Shown here piece after piece: positions 41,206 through 54,869 of a DNA stretch of 64,000 nt; position 1 is the stretch's first letter; every line of letters begins with the position of its first letter. The stretch is from Octopus sinensis (taxonomy: Eukaryota). The DNA is taken from positions 78,306,001-78,370,000 of the forward strand of contig NC_043006.1 in the NCBI RefSeq assembly GCF_006345805.1, read 5' to 3'. The notes under the pieces were generated by a model that worked only from the letters and a program-made list of their open reading frames with translations, did not search any database and was not told where the DNA came from. The position numbers were made by a program, and so were the translations under genes.

Positions 41206-41547
41206 ATATATATATATATATATAATATATATATATATAATATATATATATAATATATATATATATATGTACACACATATGTACACACATATGTATGTAC
41301 ACCTATACACACACACACACAAAACACTGTTGAATAACGCATTTGATGCTGTTGGCGTATTTTTAAAAGCGCAGGATGGGTGTTTGAGGTGGCCTATACA
41401 GCCCAGGTACTATCAGATCATTGGTTTGTTGCGCACGCTGACCGATTCACAGTAGCATTGAGAATGTTATATTTCCATCTGCCGAAAAGGAATCGTGCAG
41501 GAAAATGGCAGTTGCATCCTTTCTCCTGTCGACTCGATATACATACA

Positions 41548-41611
<64 letters not shown>

Positions 41612-41816
41612 TATATATAATAAACACATATATATACACAAACATATACAAACATATGTACGTGTATATATATATATAATATATATACACGTACATATGT
41701 TTGTATATGTTTGTGCGCTGACACGTTTTGTACGTATATATACATACTTAGACACACTCATGAATAATAGGGTGCTAAATAATATACACCTCTTGTGATT
41801 ACATAGATAGCAAAAC

Positions 41817-41856
<40 letters not shown>

Positions 41857-41890
41857 GGATAGATAGATATATAGATAACACACACACATG

Positions 41891-41923
<33 letters not shown>

Positions 41924-41929
41924 GTGTGT

Positions 41930-42010
<81 letters not shown>

Positions 42011-42626
42011 GTGTGCGTGTTATGTTTTGTTCATGTAACAGGGATTATGAATGAAAAATGCGGCGAAGGTTTTAGTCGCATAAATCTACACAAGTAACTA
42101 AGTTTTTGAAAGACTTTTATTTATTATATGGGTTTCCCATTGTCGAACCGCTAAGTTACAGGAACGCAAAGAAGGAATACTCATTGACAGGCGATGGGAG
42201 ACAAAAGCAATGACACACACACACACATACACACACACACACATATAGGTATGTCTGTATGTATTTGTATATGCACTCTGCTATATATACGCAATATAAA
42301 TATAATATGCGATCGCAATCCCTACAGATATTTCAAAATGCATTGGAGTTTATACAATCATCGTGACCCAAGCAGGGGGCCGTAAAGGGAATGTGTGTCT
42401 TATTTATTTGTTGTAGTATATATATATATATAAGTGTATGTTTGGGCATTCGTGTGTCTATGTGTCTGCGTATGTATATATGTGTGTATGTATGTATGTA
42501 CGTATGTACGTATGTATGTATGTATGTATGTATGCATGCATGTATGTTTACACACATATATACGGTTAGCCTTCGACCTTCTCTTCCATTCAAGTGTTGT
42601 TTTTCTAATTCAGTGTTTGTGTGTGC

Positions 42627-42664
<38 letters not shown>

Positions 42665-43481
42665 TAACACACAGAGACTTAAGCTCGAGGGTGTTGTGTA
42701 TCTGAGTCTGTGCGTATATGTGTATACGTGTGTATGTGAATGTGTTTGTGTGTGTGTGTGTGTGTGTCACGCGGACAGGCATGTCTATCTATAAGCTGTG
42801 GTTTTCTTCTATAACATGAAATGATGTTAAAACATTTCATATAAAATACATTTAAAAAAATGTAACTTACCTGCTCGACACAAAAGTATAAATAATAATA
42901 GTTGTAGTAGCGATAAATAACTCGTTTGACGCCATCTCCTTCCTGAGGCAACAGGTATCCTATCTGTTGAGCAAAACATCTTTTCTAAAATTATGATGAT
43001 GTATATATATTTATATATGTATATGTGTATATGAAGATATGAATATAAGTATGTAATATATATATAAGTATATTAATGTATATATGTATATAAGTTTATA
43101 TATATATAGAGAGAGAGAGCAATGACTGATATTATATTTATATGTACAAATTTGTATTGAGGATAGCAAAAAATATAGTGTAAAATGTGTATTTGACAAA
43201 TGAATGTTCGTAGATTGAAACACGTATTATCACTTATTGTATTATGATTTCCCTGTACATTCCTTTGCTTCTCTTAATATGAATGTTGTTTTCTTGTTTT
43301 GCTATTCTTCCTTGGTATGATGTTTCCCCCTTTTTTTCTGGTGTCTACCTGTTGATTCCCATGACTTTAGTAGCCAGGTGTCACTCGTTTCAATCTGTAT
43401 ATAATTTAGTAAATCTAGACCAGCTCATCTACCGCTCCACCTTCTAGCTTAAAGTTTTGTGACTTTCTATTTAATCGTGTG

Positions 43482-43547
<66 letters not shown>

Positions 43548-44199
43548 AATATCCTACTTCCTCTGTATTTTTTATCCTTTCTGTCTAGATCTCAATCTCT
43601 CTCTCTACCTATTTATTTGTCTGTCTCTTATTCTGTCATTCTCTTTTGCTAACCTTCTTCCTTACAACAAAATAAATAAATAAATAAGTCACTCCCGCTT
43701 ATTTTGTTCACACTCTCTCTCTCTCTCTCTCTTTTTTCTCTCTTCCCTCTCTCTAGCTTATATTCTGTCACTTGAAGGCGCAGGAGAAATGTTGGTACAG
43801 GTATTGTTACTATTGTGTTCAGGTGAGCTTTTATTTCGCTGCAGTTGTCATTGTTATTGTAAAGGAAGGGGAAAGGTGAAGCGAGATATGAAAAAATAAA
43901 AAAAAAAGCTGAAAGGTAACCTAACAAAAAAAAAAATTGTGTGTGATATAGGCAGCATAGTGAAAGAGGTAGGACAAATGAGAGACAGACAGAAGCAGAA
44001 AAGCAGAGGTGAAGACAGAGGGGAGAAAGAGAAGGAATAATATTAATTCATTTTTGTGTTACACAAATGAGAAAAGAGGGGTAGAGAGAAAGACAGGAAA
44101 AAAATAACAGACAGACGAACAAACAAAATAGTAGTCAATAAGAAACATGAAAACTCGAGTTTATTTATGTATTATTTGAAGGTTGGGGACGTTAGAAAT

Positions 44200-44481
44200 G
44201 TATTGCCTGCCTGGATCGCAGTCGTTTACGACAATAGGTGTTCCAGTTGATCCAAACAAATTGCTCGTGAAATTAACGTGCAAGTGACTGAGCACTCCAT
44301 AGACACGTATACCCTTAAAGTAATTTCCAGCGAGATACAGAGTGTGAAAAGGCTGGACCTTTATACTACGGGTACATCTCCTTTTTGCCAGCTGAGTGGA
44401 CTCGACAAAGCGCCGCCAAGAATCGAACTCACGACCTTACGATCGAGAAATGAATACCTAGCCAATAAGCCACGCGCCTTC
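44200..44481 (-). mobile_element. SINE with C-like head and family D tail
   Basis: Head AAGGCGCGTGGCTTATTGG...GTCCACTCAGCTGGCAAAAA joined to GTGTCTATGGAGTGCTCAGTCACTTGCACGTTAATTTCACGAG. Confidence 0.6.
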
Positions 44482-44490
44482 TCGAACTAT

Positions 44491-45070
44491 ATTCTTTTCT
44501 ACTCTAGGCGCAAGGCCCGAAATTTTGGGGAGGGAGCCAGTTAATTAGATCGACCCCGATACGCAACTGATAGTTAATTTATCGATCCCGAAAGGATGAA
44601 AGGCAAAGTCGACCTCGGCGGAATTTGAAATCAGAACGTAAAGATAGACGAAATACCTACTTCTTTAGCCCACAAGGGGCTAAACACAGACAGAATAAAC
44701 AAGGACAGACAAACGGATTAAGTCGATTATATCAACCCCAGTGCGTAACTGGTACTTATTTGATCGACCCCGAAAGGATGAAAAGAAAAGTCCACCTCGA
44801 CGGAATTTGAACTCAGAACATAGCGGCAGACGAAATACCTATTTCGTTACTACCCACAAGGGGCTAAACACAGAGGGGACAAACAAGGACAGACAAACGG
44901 ATTAAGTCGATTACATCGACCCCAGTGCGTAACTGGTACTTATTTAATTGACCCCGAAAGGATGAAAAGCAAAATTGACCTCGGCGGAATTTGAACTCAG
45001 AACATAGCAGCAGACGAAATACCGCTAAGCATTTCGCCTGGCGTACTAACGTTTCTGCCAGCTCACCGCA
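44491..45070 (-). mobile_element. SINE family A tandem array (head + two full ~183-bp units + terminal unit)
   Basis: GACGAAATACC recurs at about 44647, 44829 and 45013; the array ends in the short CCCTCCCCAAAATTTCGGGCCTTG tail. Confidence 0.9.
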
Positions 45071-46508
45071 TTCTTCTCGAAATATATTGAAGTCTTTCTC
45101 GTTTAAGAACAATTTTGTTACGTTTCATAGCTGTATAAATCTATACGTTGGTGGTTTCCAAATTTTTCCTGCGTTTTGGGGAACCGTTAAAATACATTCT
45201 ATGATTCATGGATAGTACTCTCTTGAAGGATGGGTACACAGGTCTTAATTCGAATTTATAAATGGTATGGGTTGTTGTTAATAAATAAATACTATTGGGC
45301 TCACTGCACTGATTTACCCAAGGGGTTATGCTGCTGCTAAGACGGCCCTGCTCATGGAACCTTAAAATAAAATTGATTATGCTGCACGTCAATAGTTCAA
45401 TGATGAGGATCAATTTGTTCGATCATCTGAATAAACTGATTCCGAATTAAGGTATAACTGGCTGAATATCACACAGACACATGAGCCCTTAACGTAATTT
45501 TCGGGTAGAATCAGGGTGACACCGTGCTTGTGAGAAGGCTGTACTTTCTCAGTCAGAGGTAGTATCTACCCGGTAAGCTTTTATACAGTTTCAGTCTATG
45601 CAATATGCTTTACAAGATACAGGTTAATCCGAGGATATAAGAAATATTATTTGTCCAAGATCTCAAGCAGTACGATAGAATCCGGGACCTCATGGATTGG
45701 CTGAAAACTTCTTAGCCAAACAGCTTCCATCATCATTACATTCATCATCATCATCATCATCATCAACCCTTTAGACAGATAGGATCGGTTACCCGATTTC
45801 CATGGCGTATAAGTGACCAACATCACACCGTCCGTCCAGTTCGCTATAGAGTTACCCATTTACAGCTAAGTGGACAGGAGCAACATTAAATGACACGTCT
45901 TCCAGTTTGAGAATCCAAACCATGATTTTGCTGTTTTCAGAACAACACCCTAACCACTAGGCCATACATTTTCTGCTCATTCACCTATACTGCGCCGAAA
46001 ATTTGTTATGTAATTTACTAATCACTTTTCTCTTCTATATTTCTTCTATATTTTTTTTCGTAAATTTCATAAGAGTTGGAACAAATCATAAACTGTTTTT
46101 AAAAGGTTTATCAGTCTTTTATCTTACTATAAATCTATCAGGCATAACAATAAGTTTACGAAACTTCTTCTCAACCGAGACGATGTTTCGATAAATTCCC
46201 TTTACAGTTCCTTGTTAAGAGTAAAATTTTCTTATTGGGTAGCATTTCATCATACACATGATTATATACCGTGATGACTATATAATGAAATAATAAATAT
46301 ATAATTAAACAGAAATAACGAAAAAGAGAAATGTATTTGTCACTATTCCCTACATGAGAAGGCCCAGTGACTTCTCACGAAACCTCATGAATACATGCAT
46401 ACACACACACACAGACACACACCCACACGCACACACACACAGACACACACACACGCACATACACACACACATACACACACACGCACACACACATATATAT
46501 ATATATGT

Positions 46509-46695
46509 GATTCGCCATGTTAGATCGCTAGCCATTTAACATTTTCTATTTTCTCTCCCTGTTTCTTTCTGTGTTCCTTTATGACGAAGAGCATAGGCCC
46601 GAAACGTAAAAGACTTTCTCACTTCCCGAGCGTTAAACTAATGCATCTGTTGTCTATGCACCCGTCTTCGTCTTTTGTTTTTTGTAAATTCTCAC
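46509..46695 (+). mobile_element. Solo Neptune terminal-repeat fragment
   Basis: Aligns by eye to the reverse complement of 38700-38920 (GATCGCCATGTT...hammerhead...TTCCCGAGCGTTAAACTAAT...CTTCGTCTTTTGTT) and ends in (TA)n. Confidence 0.75.
46577..46612 (+). ncRNA. Minimal hammerhead motif in a solo PLE terminal repeat (C3 mutated)
   Basis: CTTT ATGACGA A GAGC-ATAG-GCCC GAAAC GT A AAAG; homologous to 38799-38836. Confidence 0.65.
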
Positions 46696-46757
<62 letters not shown>

Positions 46758-46834
46758 ATATATATATACGCATATATATATACATACATATGTATATGTA
46801 TATATATACATACATATATATACACACACATATG

Positions 46835-46880
<46 letters not shown>

Positions 46881-47181
46881 ATATTATATATATACGTATG
46901 CATATGTATATATACATGCATACATACACACCATTAAGTTTACCATTATCGGTAAACTTAAACAATATTTTATTTATAATTATGAGTATAATTATAATTA
47001 GGGTTCATCAAAAAAATTCGCTTAACCACATACCGAACTTTAGAAATAGCAGCCAAAAAACTTAGCTATTTCTTCTACTATAAGAAGCAAATCCCAGACA
47101 ACAAATACTCAAAACAACCCACGAAGGCATAGCGGAAAAAAACAACGAAAATTCACCTAGTATTTGATTACCTGTGTATGT

Positions 47182-47560
47182 GTTTCTGAGTTAGATAGAT
47201 ATGAAAATGCAAAATTCGCATTTTCATTCCATCATTCTCTTCTTCAGCACAATTTTGAATTTCAGAGCACTGAAAAAATTAAACATACCAATCTGATTCA
47301 AGTAATATCAGACAAACTATATCCAGTGACCAGTACCAACGAATTCAAAATATGCGAATGAGGTCTCCTATTCTCCCTTACCCACCCACCTGTGTTGTAG
47401 AGTAAAAAATTATACAGAAAAAAAAAACTGTAGTTTATTATCAGAGAGAGAATTATATTATCAATAATAATAAAGGGTAAAATTAATTGAAATTTTGTGC
47501 TGATGAAGAGAATGAAATGAGAATGCGAATTTTGCATTTTCATATCTAACTCAGAAACGC
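47182..47560. repeat. MITE-like element with ~85-bp inverted ends
   Basis: GTTTCTGAGTTAGATA...TGAAAATGCAAAATTCGCATT...TCAGCACAA is mirrored at about 47490-47558. Confidence 0.7.
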
Positions 47561-47567
47561 GTCCACC

Positions 47568-48125
47568 GTAAAGAAATAGGTATTTCCTCTGCCGCTACGA
47601 TCTGAGTTCAAATTCCGCCGAGGTCGACTTTGCCTTTCATCCTTTCAGGGTCGATTAAATGAGTACCAGTTACGCACTGGCGTCGATATAATCGACTTAA
47701 TACGTTTGCCTGTCCTTGTTCGTCCCCTCTGTGTTTAGCCCCTTGTGGTTAGTAAAGAAATAGCTATTTCGTCTGCCGTTACGTTCTGAGTTCAAATTCC
47801 GCCGCGGTCGTCTTTGTCTTTCATCCTTTCGGGGTCTATAAATTAAGTAGCAGTTACGCACTGCGGTCGATTTAATCGACTTAATCCGTTTGTCTGTCCT
47901 TGTTTTTCCCCTCAATGTTTAGCCCCTTGTGGACAATAAAGAAATAAGAATCGTTAGCACGTCGGACAAAATGCTTAACGGCAATTCTTCTGATTCATTG
48001 CATTCTGAATTCAAATCCAGCAGTGGTCGGCTTTCCTTTCATCCCTTTGAGATCGATAATATAAAATACCAGTCAAATATTGAAGTCGACGAAACAGACT
48101 AACCCCTCCCCTCAAATTATTGGTC
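47568..48125 (+). mobile_element. Headless SINE family A two-unit array followed by an older copy
   Basis: Starts at the junction GTAAAGAAATAGGTATTTC, has two units, then runs into GAATCGTTAGCACG of a decayed copy. Confidence 0.85.
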
Positions 48126-49951
48126 AGTCCTGAACCTTGCAACGTACTAGCTTCCGTCTTAGCGAGGAATATTGTGATAGCGAACAATTACACATTGAAT
48201 CTGGATTATACGCCTTATGTGTTGTACCACTCAAGAAAAACAGAAATTACATAAGCAAGATATTTTTCTGTCTGTGTGGGTTATTGTATATAAAGGGATG
48301 GCCAAAAGTCACCTGAAAGTAAATCAAAACCAAGATATTTTTACGTTTAATAACTGAATAAATTTAATAAAAGCATCCAAATATGAAACATCATGAAACT
48401 ATTCAAACTGAAGTTCTTGAGCGACACATTTTTTCCATTCGACTCAATACAGAATTTCAGATAATATTTATGGATTTATTGTCAGGTGACTTCTGGCCAA
48501 TATGCAGAAGCGTCTGAAATATGCAATATTCATTGAGATCATCGCTAGAAGACACGAACCTCTGACAGTGGTATTTAAAATCTAAAACACGAAACAACTA
48601 CAATAATATTCTTCTCTACTATAGGCACATTGGGGGCCAGTCGATTAGAGTGACATCAGTACCTGAAAGGATGATAGGCATAGTTGACCTCGGTGGAATT
48701 TGAACTCAGAACGTAGCGGCAGACGAAATATCGCTAAGCATTTCGCCCGTCATGCTAACGCTTCTACCAGCTCACCGCCTTACAACTCCGATAATATTAA
48801 GTAATGCAAGTTCTGGGAAAGATAAACCAATTAAATCTCACCCGTGAATCGTATTCAGCTCACTTTTCTATGCATAAATGTTTCAATTGTATATTAGATA
48901 TCAGGAAAACAATTACCCTGCTTTTATACATACGTATAAAAGGGTAAAGATTAAAGACCTTCCTCGGACAAGAATGACCATGGGATTGCACCTAGAAAGT
49001 TAACTTCCGAGGCACTAGACCAGGCAAGGTTGTTTATGTAAGAGCATCAGTCACCCATGTATACCAGCCACCCACATCCATGCCACCAGATCTCAGATTA
49101 TCTTTGCCAACCCATAACCTTAAGTTCTACAATATTACAATGTCCAGAAATTTGAGGGAACGAAGCAATCGATTATATCGACCCCCACTATTTGAGAGAT
49201 GCTTTATTTTATCAAAACCATAAGAATGAAAGAAAAAAAATTGATTTCGACAGGATTTGAACTTAGAACGTAAAAAAGGCAAAATAGATACCATAGGACA
49301 TGTTGCCCGATTCCTTAATGATTTTGCCAGTCTATCACCCTTACAATTCCGAAATAAGAATAAAGGATTTCTAACACAGTAATATATAAAAGCGAGCGAG
49401 AGTAAAACTGTGACTGGATGATGTTGATGCGGTGCTCAAGTGCAATAACCACGAAAGTGAAACGAAAATGGGGACAAAATTGTAGCTGGTGGAGTAGCTG
49501 ACAGGGACATAAATTGTACCCTATGGCTCAGGGACCTCCATTTCAATTGATAATACTACTCATTATACGAACGAACGATCAAACCTGTTTCTCTTGACTA
49601 CATCTAATAAGAATGTATGCCGTTAACTATGTAACTACTGTATAACCACAACTGTCTCTGCCTGCTCTACTGTCCGTCCACTCACATACCTATCAACCTA
49701 TTTACTTGTCCTTGTAGTTAACATGGTAATAGACATTACTGTTATGTTCTTTACAATCAACGACGGTGTAGGTAATTCAGAATATTTTGTTTTTAGTGTT
49801 TGCCTGTTATATTTTCACTAACTGTATACACATCGGCTCTCTTTCGTCCATTCTCGTTGTTTCCTTTCACACGCACCCCCTCTCACATCTGTGTGCTGGT
49901 ATGCACGTAAACATGGATACAAAGGATTGTGTATGTACACACACACGCACA

Positions 49952-50025
<74 letters not shown>

Positions 50026-51617
50026 CTTGTGAATATTAAGATAGATATGCTTTTACGCGTGCGCTTGTGTGTGTATGCATGTGTAAGCACAATTTGTTAT
50101 TTTTCTTCAGATTATCTTCCAATGAAAACTGAAGTAGTTGTTGAATTAATTATGTATGCAAAGTTCTTGTTTAATGGTTTTCCCAAAATAAACCTATATA
50201 TCCGAGTCGCACGCTTAATATTAGAACGAAAAACGCTGAATATATTTCTTATGTTAGCGTACAGTGAGTGCACAGTGAGTGCGCAGCTATGCAGGTCCTG
50301 CATAATTTGATAGATATTGCTTGAGAAATTTAACTGTTCAGAAAAATAAAGTATAAGATGGAATACAAGCAGACAAGTAGTAGTCTACAACGCATATGAA
50401 AGTTCGTAAATAAACAAGGAAATGACAGTAAGATTGTTTCCTGACAAAGTTGTAGAGGTGTTTGCAATATTGTTTCGGATCTCTGTTTTCTGAGATCAAC
50501 TCACACGTGGGTCAGATCTTGCTTTCGTCAGTTTGAAGTCGATAAATAATGAATTACTGGTGCAGGCACGGTTATGTGAGTAGGATACTTCCTTTGCCAC
50601 CACGTTGTTTGGGGTTCAGTCCTACTGTGCCTCGGTCAAGTGTCTTCTACTATAGTCCCAGACCGACCAATGCCTTGTGAATAAATTTGGTTGAAGGAAA
50701 CTGAGTGGATGCCTGTCACATATACATATGCGTGCGTATTTGTGTGTGCGTGTGTGTGTGTGTGTGTTTGCTCACGTACGTATATTTGTCCACAACACAC
50801 ACATTACCTGACAACCGATATTGGTTTGTTAACGTTCACATTACTTAAATTTAGATCAACAGATTAAGTATGCGACTTAAAGATAAGCGTGGGGTAGATT
50901 TGTTCTACGAAAATCTTCGAGTGGTTGCTCCATCAAGGCCACATTTGATAACTGAAACAAATAAAAGATAGATGATACCAGTCCTGTACGTGGAAAATAC
51001 TTCTAACCCCTTACTTGTTCACGTTTTTTTATTCACTTCCTCTCTCACTGAATCAGCTACGCCCAGATTCGCAGAAGGAAGGCGTCCACCAGGCTTTAAA
51101 ATACCCAAAGCACATTTGTCAGGAACCTGCGAGCATTCTAAAATTTTAAAGCCCACAGATAGAAGGAATGACAAGTGCCAGAGGTGTTTCATTTTTCACT
51201 GTAATATTTTTTTATGAACTTTACTACTTGTTAATGTGATCAAATCAATGTACAAATGTATTATTGCGAGTCGTGATTAACAATATAGGTTTTCGTTTTT
51301 GTTTCTCATTAACTGTAGATGAGACATAACTCACTGGATCGATACTAAAAGCTATGAAAGGTAAGACGCTGTAACAACTTCCCCAAATTCATCGTATAAC
51401 TCTAAAGACACCAAGGTACAGATGTGGTACTAAGCAGGGTAATGTTTAAGTCTATGACGTAAGAACAAGCACAGTACAACCTGAAGCGGTTGTAATTCAA
51501 TATGGTTGTAATCGAAAACAGTAAAAAGAAAAGTGCAATCGAGTCACAATTTTCTGGGATAGATTTAATCAAACGTATACTTCTTATGTAATACTGTAGC
51601 ATTATATATACTTTATA

Positions 51618-51835
51618 TACTCTTTTACTTGTTTCAGTCACGTGACTGTGGCCATGCTGGAGCACCGCCTTTAGTCGAGAAAATCGACCCCAGGACTTAT
51701 TCTTTGTAAGCCTAGTACTTATTCTATCGGTCTCTTTTGCCGAACCGCTAAGTTACGGGGACGTAAACACACCAGCATCGGTTGTCAAGCGATGTTGGGG
51801 GGAAAAACACAGACACACAAACATACACACACACA

Positions 51836-51906
<71 letters not shown>

Positions 51907-52476
51907 AATACAAGTAAGTATAAATATAGTATAAATTAGATCTTACAGCTGTTTCGGCCATGTCGATAATTATGTCTCATTTTACCAATATTAGCCCTTT
52001 ATGGTTGGTCAATATATATATATAAATGAGACATTAACAAAAATATCACAAGGTCTCTTCGGAGATTATGTAATATAACACAGTCTACACATATACCCAC
52101 ATGGGTGTGGGTGCGTACCCACAATACAACATATATATATACATATGAGTGTACACTTTTTTATGTACATTCCTTTATGTACACTGATTTGTTCTGCTTT
52201 TTATATTTAACCCTACAGTCGCTTATGTGGTGGTTTAATAAAGTATGTGATTGAGTATTATCTGGTAATTGATATTTGATGTATTTCTCCATTTTCTTAT
52301 CTTGTATTAGTAATTTGTGGTAAATCATTTTACCTTTGCCCATATAATACAGTAAATGAATTGATTGCATCGCAATCATTAACATTTATGTATTAACTTT
52401 GTTGGGTACTTCACTAGCAGTATATTGGATATATGTTATCCCATAGAGGGTTGCATTTACAACCCCTATCTCAATT

Positions 52477-52518
<42 letters not shown>

Positions 52519-52685
52519 TACGACAGGCTTCTTTCAGTTTCCGTCTACCAAATCCACTCACAAGGCTTTGGTCGGCCCGAGGCTATAGTAGAAGACACTT
52601 GCCGAAGATGCCACGCAGTGGGACTGAACCCAGAACCATGTGGTTCGTAAGCAAGCTACTTACCACACAGCCACTCCTACGCCTT
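51618..52685 (-). mobile_element. SINE family B split by a ~570-bp insertion (about 51906-52475) in its internal microsatellite
   Basis: Tail half at 51618-51830 and head half at 52520-52685 are collinear; the insert is flanked by (TA)n and contains the hammerhead-like motif. Confidence 0.8.
51940..52066 (-). ncRNA. Hammerhead-like motif with a ~100-nt extended stem II
   Basis: ATCT CCGAAGA GACCTTGTGATA...ATGTCTCATTT...AAATGAGACAT...TATCGACATGGCC GAAAC AGCT GTA AGAT. Stem I ATCT/AGAT, palindromic ACAGCTGT stem III, GUA triplet; U4 is replaced by C. Confidence 0.55.
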
Positions 52686-53030
52686 ACTAATAATTATTTA
52701 AAGAATACTGTGATGAAGAATGGCAAAAGAGCGCAATGGAGAGTAATCCTTCAGAAGCAAGAAATATATATATGCGTATAGTGTTCTATCTTATATTATG
52801 CATAGCTGAAATGTATGATCTTTCATAGATTCTCTAATCCTGAGTAATAGGGAATAAAGTTAAAGAGCATCGATAAAGAATCGTTTGGTGCATCTGTTTA
52901 GAAGCAAGTTCAAATGATCTAATTAATTACATTATTTATTAATTAACGAATCATATTATTGATAAGAAATATTTTACCCCAGTCAGAACATATCAAAGAA
53001 AGTAAGATGCACAGAATGAAATAATCTTTT

Positions 53031-53049
53031 TTTATTTTTTTATTTTATT
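53031..53049 (-). terminator. Candidate polyadenylation signals of the LDLR-family gene
   Basis: Three overlapping AATAAA hexamers on the minus strand (TTTATT at 53031, 53039, 53044) about 100 nt after the stop. The region is AT-rich, so chance occurrence is possible. Confidence 0.4.
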
Positions 53050-53143
53050 CGAATGAAAACAGATGATGTGAATGAAATATTTGATGTTTTTGGTTTTGTT
53101 TTATATTTTTGTAAGAAAAAAAGAAAGAGATGACATGTTTGGT

Positions 53144-53300
53144 CTAACTGGTATGGGTACTATTCTGGCTTTCTATAGGGTTTTCAACACCGTCATTCAT
53201 ATCTTTTGAAGAGTCTTGGCAGAGAATCCGGTAGGAAATATCCACGGTGTATTTGTCATCATTCGCAAGGAGGTAATGTGGATTCTTTTCAGCTCGACGC
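53144..53300 (-). CDS. LDLR-family gene, terminal coding exon (cytoplasmic tail, NPxY, stop)
   Basis: Acceptor cttactatttacag, phase 2 matching the TM exon. Reads RRRAEKNPHYLLANDDKYTVDISYRILCQDSSKDMNDGVENPIESQNSTHTS* (TAG at 53146-53144) and carries the NPHY endocytosis-type motif. Confidence 0.9.
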
Positions 53301-54693
53301 CTGTAAATAGTAAGATAATAAAAAAGGTTTTATTAGTACAAAGAAAGCTATTTGTGATTTTACATTATACAGGTTCATACGAGAAGAACAGTAACAAAAA
53401 CAATGGCTTTTGCCCTTGAAGTGGCATTGAGTGCGATTCTGGAGTCGATCGAAAACTATTGCCACGTCCTCACTTCGACAAATACCTCAGACACTCCTCC
53501 GAGTGATTAACAACTGGTGATGACATTGAAGAGCAAATAAATAGGTAGAGAGACCCACTGCGCACAGTAACAACAACAACAACAACAAGAAGCGCATCAC
53601 ACGGAATAATCGTACCCCTTTTACTTCAGTACACCCACTTGTAGGGATGTGGGCTAAATTGAGGTTTTGGATACAAGTAAAATTGTCCGAAGATGTGGAA
53701 CAAGTATTCCTCTAAATAGAATCGTAATAATTTATAAAGCAATTAAAATATGCACAGAGAGAGTTATGTCTCCGGTAAAGAGATGACCCTCTTCGATGAA
53801 GAAGAATTTATGTTGTATGAAAGGAGACTTATTACGGAAGGCATACCAGTTCCGAGAAAAGATAATCGAATGCAATTTCAGAGCTATTGTTTTTTCTTTT
53901 TGCAAATCGCGCAACACCGGAATTTTTTCAATCATACTGTTCGCAAAGACTGAAACGAAACTAAGACAATAGAGGTTGCACTGATGCTTGAAAATTAATA
54001 TACGGATTATATATTTTCAATGTCTCTATTTTAATCACTTGGTTGTCAAGTTTCAATTCGTGTTGTGTATTTTGATTTTCCTCCATTAATAGATGCAATA
54101 TAATTCATTGTTTCGGCTAATTATATAGCTGCATGTACGTGCCATAAATTAAGTGTAGTGTTCACTGCTGTAGGGACGGGGAATACAATATAATGTTTGA
54201 ATGAGTGATTAAATGCATATTAGAGTTAAACTCGTATAGTATGCAAACTAATAGCCCCAGTTCTCTAAAACAAATTCATTTGATGTGTATATAAGCGGTT
54301 TTCCTACTTGTTTCGCTGGGATTGGTCAAGGGTCTCTGATGAGACACCCAAAATGGCCGAAAATTGATCATGATTATTCATCATTATTTTCTCCATCAAC
54401 TGTTGTAAGGGGAAATAAGTAAATTTGAATTTTGCATATCTACTTTGTAAGTTTACGTGTAAATCCTAGCCGTGAGTTCGAAGCTACATCATCCATCTGT
54501 GTGTGTAACAACCCATGATTCTGTGGCACCAATATAAAGTCCAGCCTCTACAAAACTTAATGCTTGTGTTGCCGTTAGAACTCAACCATTAAGATGAAAA
54601 TTTATTACACAAGTAGAAATTAATACTAGCGTATATAAAATTTTTAGGTATTATTGGTTTATCATGAGGTGAAACAAATATAGCAATACTCAC

Positions 54694-54787
54694 CGCTTCA
54701 AGAAAATGAAAGCTGCTACACCTGCCCCTAACAGGATCAAAGGAACAATAACATAGGCAGATATTTTTCCGGGTGTAACTGACGAAC
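54694..54787 (-). CDS. LDLR-family gene, transmembrane exon (phase 1-2)
   Basis: Acceptor gatactttcag, donor CG|GTGAGT, 94 nt. Reads (R)SSVTPGKISAYVIVPLILLGAGVAAFIFLK(R): a single hydrophobic helix followed by basic stop-transfer residues. Confidence 0.9.
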
Positions 54788-54869
54788 CTGAAAGTATCAA
54801 CAAAAATAACATTAGCAACATAAAATAACACATTTGAAAATTAATTAGTTGAAGTTTATTAGTCAACTT

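Noticed and set aside
44491-45070. Regular repeats superficially like a CRISPR array
   Set aside because: Eukaryotic SINE units of about 183 bp with no unique spacers and no cas genes.
50316-50335. TATTGCTTGAGAA resembling the miR-137 5' end
   Set aside because: The match ends after about 13 nt and there is no precursor hairpin.
54318-54355. CTGATGA...GCCGAAA hammerhead-like string
   Set aside because: Stem II is mismatched, and there is no stem III/NUH or stem I pairing.
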